NCBI GenBank assembly: GCA_038087875.1
Contig: JAXLNO010000612.1
Coordinates: 62,001-125,327, forward strand
DNA length: 63,327 nt
DNA from: Malacoraja senta
Lineage: Eukaryota
Reading direction: 5' to 3'
Shown: positions 55,901 to 63,327 of the stretch, piece after piece
Layout: the number at the start of each line of letters is the position of its first letter
Position numbering within the stretch: position 1 is the first letter of the stretch
Program-made: the position numbers and the translations under genes
The notes under the pieces: generated by a model
What the model saw: the letters and a program-made list of their open reading frames with translations, nothing else
The model's database searches: none
Told to the model about the DNA's origin: nothing

Positions 55901-58900
55901 TACACACATATATGGAAAACACAAATATAACAGATGTATGGAGGATTGCAAACCCGACGGGAAGGGATTACTCGTTTTATTCAATGGTGCATAAAACATA
56001 TTCACGGATAGACTATTTTCTTGTGGATACAAAATTAATTTCGCAATCTCTGAATCCTAAATATCATATTAATGCGATCTCAGATCATTCTCCGTTAACT
56101 TTTGTTCTAAAACTAGAAGGAATGTCTATGAATAAACCGTTCTGGAGGTTTAACTCACAAATTTAAAAGACCCTCAAGGAGTATCTATCTAAAAAAACAG
56201 ATGGATCTATTTTTTGAGTTAAATGATACACCAGAGATATCCCCCACGTTATTATGGGAATCCTTCAAAGCATTTATAAGAGGAGTCATTATTTCATTTC
56301 AAGCTTATCAAAATAAAAAGAATAAGAATGAACAAAGACACTTAGAAGATCAAATAAAACAGTTAGATATAGATAATGCTAAAGACCCAACTATGGATAA
56401 ACATAATAAAATACTACTACTGAAATTTCAGTTAAATAAATTACTGTCAGAGAAAGTTATAACATTATTTCAAATCACAAAACAAGAACACTTCGAATTC
56501 GGGGACAAACCACACAAACTTCTAGCACGACAACTTAAAAAACGGGAAAAAGAGAATGCAATATTAAAGATTAAATCAGATAGAGGGAAGTATTAACACT
56601 ACCCAAGGATATTAATAAAGATTTGCTCAATTTTACCAGAATCTATACACATCTAAAACGTCAATAGACAATAATAAAATCTCAGAATTTTTAGATAATT
56701 GTAATCTACCACAATTAGAACGCAGGGAACAAGAGGAACTGGGAGCACAAATTACTTCTAAGGAGATAGAAGACACAATAAAAACACTAAAAAATGGAAA
56801 AACACCAGGACCAGACGGATTCAGTAATGAATTTTATAAATCTTTTTATGATATAGTTACTCCACGATTACAAAAAATGTATACATATGCTTATAAAGAG
56901 CAAAACCTACCTGAAACACTAGCGGAATCAACGATCATATTAATACTTAAAAAAGATAAAAATATAGAAGAACCAGGATCATATAGAGCTATTGCTTTGT
57001 TAAATACGGATCAGAAAATAATAGCAAAAACATTAGCCAATAGATTAAGCAAGTATGTTAGTAGACTAATACATGAGGATCAAACAGGATTTATACCTAA
57101 GAGACACTCATTTAATAATTTGAGACGTTTGCTTAACATAATGCATTCACATAAATCTTATGACCAAGAGTTAGCTATCATCTCACTGGACGCAGAAAAA
57201 GCGTTTGATCAAGTAGAATGGGACTATATGATCAAAGTATTGCAAAAATTCCAATTGGGAGAAAACTTTATTGCATGATAAAACTACTATATAACAAACC
57301 TACGGCTAGAATACTAACTAATAATATATTATCTTCAAAATTCGAATTATCTAGGGGCAACAGACAAGGATGCTCACTATCACCGCTGTTATTTGCTTTG
57401 GTAATTGAACCCCTTGCTGAAAAAATAAGAACACACTCGAATATTCACGGTTATAACACAAAATATTCAAACAACAAACTATCCCTATATGCTGATGATG
57501 TACTACTGTACATCACAAAACCACAAATTAGTATACCAAATATATTAAACTTAATTGAGGACTTTGGATCCTTTTCAGGATATAGAATAAATTGGAACAA
57601 AAGTGAAATTATGTCGATCAAACAAAAGACTCAACACATCTCAGGAAATTCCCTTTTAAAATAGCTATGGAAAAATTCAAATATTTAGGAATTGAGATTA
57701 CTAGAAATTACCAAGATATGTTTAAAGCTAATTATAATCCCCTACTTAAGAAATTAAATAATCTGATTAAATTTTGGAAAACACTTCCGATGTCCTTAAT
57801 AGGTAGGATAAATGCTATAAAAATGATTTTCTTACCACAAATCCTTTACCTATTCAATCAATACCTATATATCTCCCAAAAAGTTTTTCAAAAACTGGAC
57901 TCAGACATTACAAATTTTATATGGGATTACAAATCCCACAGAATACAAAGAACACACCTTAACAAACGAAAAGAGTTGGGGGTCTAGCGCTCCCTAACTT
58001 TATGTATTATAACTGGGCAGTAAATATTAAAAATATGATTCACCTGCTGGACAATTCTGCCCAGCAGGTGGACTGGATTATAATGGAAAAAGGGGATTGC
58101 TCCCCGAATAATATAGAGCGATTATTCTCTCTCCAATAAATTTGAATAATAAAAATTATAATAAAAATCCAATTATATATAGCACTATAGAACATGGAAG
58201 CAAATAAAACAGAATCTAAAATTAAGAAACCTATCTCTCTTAATACCAATAGTCAATAACCCATCGTTTAAACCTTCAATCATAGATAAAGCATTTATAC
58301 AATGGGAAAGAATGGGAATCAAAACGCTCGAAGATCTGTATGAATTAGAAAAATTACTATCATTCCAACAACTACAACTGAAATATAATTTGAAAAATAA
58401 TCAATATTTTAAATATCTACAAATCTGTGACTATTTGAAAACACACACAAAAGATTATTATAATATGCCTTCCGACTTACTAGATGAAGCAATGAAGACA
58501 AAGGCGGAATCAGTTAATTTAATATCATACTTATATAATATCATCTTAAATATAGAAATACCCACAACAGATGGAATTAGAAGAGATTGGAACAAGATCT
58601 AGGTATAAAAATTTCAAAAGAGAGTTGGGATAATCATTTATTACAGGTGCATAAATGCTCGATCAAACGTACGACATACGCTTATCCAATTTAAAACATT
58701 ACATAGATTATATTATTCAAAACCAAACTAAATAAAATCTTTCCTAACGTCTCACCAATCTGTGATAAATGTATATGTCAAGAAGCTACCATAGCACATT
58801 CTTTTGTTTTTTGTACAAAAATCCAAAAATTCTGGTTTGAAATATTTGATATTTTTTCAAAATTAATCAAATAAAACTGGTACCAAAACCAGAATGGATT

Positions 58901-59525
58901 ATTTTTGGAATATCGGAAGGTATTCCTGAATTAAACGTGTATCAGAAGAATTTACTCAATTATGGGCTAATAATGGGAAAAAAGCTTATACTTAAATTCT
59001 GGAAAAATGCGCCCACACCAACAATAAAAATGTGGACATCAAATATGTTGGAAACATTACATCTGGAAGAGATGAGATTCCTCCTAGTAGGCAAAGTAGA
59101 CCAATTTCAAAAGACGTGGTCTACGTTTTTTGGACCTATTACAAGCATGAGGTGCAATAGTAATTTAGAAAAACAAATAAATAAATAAAAGGTATCTGGA
59201 CCTGGTAATGGGAGGTAAAATAAAAACAGACTTGGTTGGTAGTTCCTTCTCTATGAAGTATGGTATAAGAGTTATAATAGAGCGATTGTTCCTTCTTTCT
59301 TTCTCTTTTTTTTTTCTAGGGTCTATTTTCTAACTTTACTTCCTTCTCTAACTTCTTTTCTAAGGGGCTTTCTTTTCCCAACACTCTTTTGCACTTCACA
59401 ACCTTTGCGCACTTTCTTCACTTTTCTTACTTCTTTCTTTTTCTTTCTTAAAGTTTAAAAAAAGTGAAGCGGTACAAAAAATGTATTAATATATACGTGT
59501 TGTACATTACTGTAATCTACCGTAC

Positions 59526-59571
<46 letters not shown>
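52967..59571 (+). mobile_element. L1-clade LINE copy C (second family), full length, with the 5' ~985 bp inverted
   Basis: Minus strand 53952->52967 carries the 5' end GACTTCCGGT, the 5' UTR and ORF1 up to LLRD. The plus strand from 53958 resumes YPYEIEQKR. Frameshifted ORF2 at 55383-~59150, poly(A) at 59530-59571, TSD AAACAG(T/A)TGAATGT. Confidence 0.95.
55383..59150 (+). pseudogene. L1 ORF2 with many single-base frameshifts
   Basis: Consecutive ORF fragments tile the full endonuclease-RT-CCHC order of copy B, and YADD is intact. Confidence 0.9.
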
Positions 59572-59572
<1 letters not shown>

Positions 59573-59606
59573 AGATGAATGTATGGATTATACACATTAA
59601 TGCGTA

Positions 59607-59655
<49 letters not shown>

Positions 59656-59657
59656 GC

Positions 59658-59689
<32 letters not shown>

Positions 59690-60743
59690 CGGTCCGTCCG
59701 TCCGACCTTACTCACCATTGTCCTGAGATAGAAATTAAACAAGTTTCGTTCAGATTGATGGTATATTTTACGTTATTGACGTTTAAAACTTTAAAATAAG
59801 AAAACCGCCCGTTATGCGCAGATTGGTCTCATCTCCTGTCAATCAACGCCATGGCCAGGATGGCGACGCCGACATCCTTTCCTGCACCGTGGCCTCTCCT
59901 GCCTCACTTACAAACTCCTCTCTCCCCTTCTCACAGTAACTTGTCTACCATCTCCCCCACCACCGGCAGCGGCCGCGGGGGGGGGGGTGGGTGGGTTCAG
60001 TGGAGGCCCTGGTCCCGTCCCTCTCTCCCACACTCACCCCTCTCCCTCACCCGCCCTTTGCGGCAATGGCGGTCCCGTCTACCTGTCCCCCCGGGTGAAT
60101 GCTGCGACATTCCGCCGCCGCCACTGCAGTAACTCACCCTTAACGGCCGTCTCAGAGGAGATCTCCACCAGCTCGTCGAAACTCGTAGGCAAGCAGGTAG
60201 GCGGGTGGGCAGGGTGGGGATAGGCCAAGCGGCAGCAGTGGACGGGTGGGCAGGACAGGGATGGGCCGAGCTGCGGCTAAGCTGGAGTGGGCAGAGGTAT
60301 GTCGGGTTGCAAAGTCGCCGAGCAGTTTGCATGGAGTTTAAGTAACTCACACACACAGACACATACACACGATGCAAGCTGGTCCAATCATCAAGTTAAG
60401 GGGATCTAAACAATGACAGCTAACAATGAATGACCTGTGGTGGAAGGAATTGCAGATGCTGCTTTTTATGGAGGGAGGGAGGGAGTGAGGGTGGAGAAAG
60501 GAGAGGGAGGGAGATGTAAAGAAGGGATTGGGGAGGGGAGGAGGTGAGGGGAAAAAGAGGGAGGGTGAAGTGGAGGGGGAGGGAGTGCCGGGGTATGAGG
60601 GGAAATGAAGCACACCTGTGCAGTTGGGGACTATGCGTGAGTGGTGGAATATTGCATTGGGGTAACGGGTTGCATTGGGGGAATGGGTGAGTGGTGGAAT
60701 ATTGCATTGGTGAGCAGACCCAATGGGTCTGCACTTAGTCTAG
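59572..60743 (+). mobile_element. Probable non-autonomous Helitron
   Basis: 3' hairpin GCAGACCC-AAT-GGGTCTGC (60714-60732) lies 7 nt before CTAG (60740-60743), followed by T. (GTCT)n occurs near the 5' end. The 5' TC end may be at 52943, on the far side of L1 C. Confidence 0.7.
59607..59689. repeat. (GTCT)n microsatellite
   Basis: About 20 tetranucleotide units with one interruption, drifting to (GTCC)n. Confidence 0.97.
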
Positions 60744-61156
60744 TCCTCATTTAAAGGAAGGTGATATACAGCAGAGCAGGGTGAGTCCCTGCTTTGCGTA
60801 AAATATCGACCAGCAATGTGCCACCACCACACGCACACATTACCATACCCAATGTGTGTTAGATGCGGGGTGAGTCCATCCTTTGCCTACAGACTGTGGT
60901 CATTGGACCATCTACCACATAATTTGCTTTAAGCAGAGGTCTGAGCATCGTTTAAGATGGTCATGTTTACATATTTACTCCTTCTCATACTCTACTTCCC
61001 GAGTTGATATGATTCACATCGTTTCATGGCGTCCCTTGTACAAACCGAACATAAGCCTGACCTCCTCTTTTCAGGTATCAAACACAGTGCTTCCACACCT
61101 CAAATTTTTTTTCATTAAATAGAATCCCATATTTCCAGGAATTTGATGGTATTTCA

Positions 61157-61818
61157 AGCGAATGGTATGTTAGCTTTCATAGCAAAAGGATTTGAGTATA
61201 GGAGCAGGGAGGTTCTACTGCAGTTGTACAGGGTCTTGGTGAGACCACACCTGGAGTATTGCGTACAGTTTTGGTCTCCAAATCTGAGGAAGGACATTAT
61301 AGCCATAGAGGGAGTGCAGAGAAGGTTCACCAGACTGATTCCTGGGATGTCAGGACTTTCATATGAAGAAAGACTGGATAGACTTGGCTTATACTCGCTA
61401 GAATTTAGGAGATTGAGAGGGGATCTTATAGAAACGTACAAATTCTTATGGGGTTGGACAGGCTAGATGCAGGAAGATTGTTCCCGATGTTGGGGAAGTC
61501 CAGGACAAGGGGTCATAGCTTAAGGATAAGGGGGAAATCCTTTAAGACCGAGATGAGGAAAAACTTTTTCACACAGAGAGTGGTGAATCTCTGGAACTCT
61601 CTGCCACAGAGGGTAGTTGAGGCCAGTTCATTGGCTATATTTAAGAGGGAGTTAGATGTGGCCCTTGTGGCTAAAGGGATCAGGGGGTATGGAGAGAAGG
61701 CAGGTACGGGATACTGAGTTGGATGATCAGCCATGATCATATTGAATGGCGGTTCAGGCTCGAAGGGCCGAATGGCCTACTCCTGCACCTATTTTTCTAT
61801 GTATCTATGTTCTATGTA
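61157..61818 (+). mobile_element. Young CR1 3' fragment
   Basis: ORFs 61143-61466 and 61448-61717 (one frameshift) and a CTATGTAT-type tail. Confidence 0.94.
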
Positions 61819-62044
61819 TTTCCTGAAAATTTCAAAAATGCTTCCTGCATGCTATTTATTGTTGGGTGGGTTTTGCGGCACACGTTAACAACATAAAGAA
61901 GAACAAGGCAAACAGATCTGTGTAACTGCACCGTATCTGCCTGCTTCTGTTACTCACTTGTACAGTGTTATGCAAGGCAGCTTTCGTTGCCTCCAACAGC
62001 TTTTGTTGTCTTCGTTTTTTCGACCTGCTTTCCTGTGTCTCAGT

Positions 62045-62970
62045 CTCTGCTCTCTCTCCCTCCTTCCTCTCTCCCTCCCTCTCTCCCTCCCTCTCTCCCG
62101 TCCTCTCTCTCCCTCCTTCCCCTTTCGCTCCCTCCCTCTCTCCCCCCTCTCTCGCTCCCTCTTTCTCCCTATCCCTCCCCTTTCCCTCCCTCCCTCTCTC
62201 TCTTCTTCTCTCTCTCCCCTTCCTTTTCTCTCTCACTCCTCTTATTCCCTCCCTCCCTCTCGCGCTCCCCCTATCTCTCTCCCTCTCTCCTTCCCTCCTT
62301 CCTCTCTACCTCCCCCCTTCTTCCTCTCTCCCACTCTCCCTCCCCTCTCCCTCCCCTCTCCCTCCCCTCTCCCTCCCCTCTCCCTCCCCTCTCCCCCTCC
62401 CCTCCCCTTCCCTCCCTCTCCCTCCCCTCTCCTCCCCTCCCTCTCTCCCTCCCCTCTCCCTCCCCTCTCTCCCTCCCCTCTCTCCCTCCCCTCTCTCTCC
62501 CCTCTCTCCCTCCCCTCTCTCCCTCCCTCTCTCCTCCCCTCTCTCCCTCCCCTCTCTCCCCTCCCCTCTCTCCCTCCCCTCTCTCCCTCCCCTCTCTCCC
62601 TCCCCTCTCTCCCTCCCCTCTCTCCTCCCCTCTCTCCCTCCCTCTCTCCCTCCCCTCTCTCCCTCCCCTCTCTCCCTCCCCTCTCTCCCTCCCCTCTCTC
62701 CCTCCCCTCTCTCCCTCCCCTCTCTCCCTCCCCTCTCTCCCTCCCCTCTCTCCCTCCCCTCTCTCCCTCCCCTCTCTCCCCTCCCCTCTCTCCTCCCCTC
62801 CCCTCTCTCCCCTCCCCTCTCTCCCCTCCCCTCTCTCCCTCCCCTCTCCCTCCCCTCTCCTCCTCTCTCCCTCCCCTCTCTCTCCCTCCCTCTCTCCTCT
62901 CTCTTCTCCTCCCCTCTCTCCTCTCTCTTCTCCCTCTCTGCCTCGTTCCCTCTCTCCACCTCTTCCTCTC
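62045..62970. repeat. ~0.9-kb polypyrimidine/polypurine tract with a 13-bp core unit CTCTCCCTCCCCT
   Basis: Almost exclusively C/T on the plus strand, with a regular tandem core at ~62430-62800. Confidence 0.97.
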
Positions 62971-63204
62971 GCCCGCTTGAGCCCACCCACCATTCTGGAA
63001 AATCAAGGCCAATCCCAATTGTAACTGCAATCCCACTGCCCACTGGTAACTTTTCACTACTAGGCTTATCCAGAATTCTACCACTGCCTGCAAAATAATT
63101 AAAGGCTCAACTTCAACTGAGAAAGAGTATTCCAACGATTCATTCTTATACGAGCATTTTCCCAAACAGTCTGTGACCCATAGCGCTGTGGCCATAGCGC
63201 TATG

Positions 63205-63327
63205 TTTTACTTCGGAGTCACGTGAGTGACTACGTGAAGCACCCCGCCAGTGCGCCAGCGCGTCATTACGTCAGACGCATTGGCGCAAACGGACGTGAGG
63301 AGCAGAGCTCCTCTAGTGGAAATGTAG
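63205..63327 (+). mobile_element. Left terminus of a third DIRS1-like element (runs off the window)
   Basis: TTTTACTTCGGAGTCACGTGAGTGACTACGTGAAG is identical to the DIRS A left end. The following CACCCCGCCAGT resembles the complement of the DIRS B right ITR. Confidence 0.9.

Noticed and set aside
61950..62040. Minus-strand exon ending at CAA|GTGAGT (61957)
   Set aside because: Only a donor motif is present, with no acceptor or recognisable peptide, next to low-complexity DNA.
61856..63195. Several ORFs of up to 377 aa on both strands (Pro/Ser/Leu-rich and Gly/Glu/Arg-rich)
   Set aside because: Artefacts of the stop-free C/T low-complexity tract.

Overview
Eukaryotic, repeat-saturated, intergenic or intronic DNA with no recognisable host gene. 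The mix of tRNA-derived V-SINEs with CR1-type tails, CR1, L1, L2, DIRS and Penelope-type repeats suggests a cartilaginous fish such as a skate or ray (inference). The window holds three L1 copies, three DIRS-type tyrosine-recombinase retrotransposons (two with both ends, one cut by the window edge), one near full-length CR1 plus many CR1 3' fragments, one L2, and Gypsy and Bel/Pao relics. It also holds a THAP-bearing DNA transposon with an 8-bp TSD, three PIF/Harbinger-type MITEs, a probable non-autonomous Helitron and Penelope-type fragments with minimal hammerhead ribozyme motifs. The most notable points are: (1) an L1 with an intact 1263-aa ORF2 between two apparently identical 3,298-bp direct repeats arranged like a giant target-site duplication; (2) conserved hairpins and a stop/start-overlapping uORF in the ORF1-ORF2 spacer of two divergent L1 families; (3) DIRS elements with clear ITR/ICR architecture, ATT integration sites and a candidate leader intron; (4) a composite P-like transposon; (5) a full-length, 5'-inverted L1. 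Most short ORFs in the track are repeat-derived noise. All comparisons were made by eye, and fragment boundaries without TSDs are approximate.
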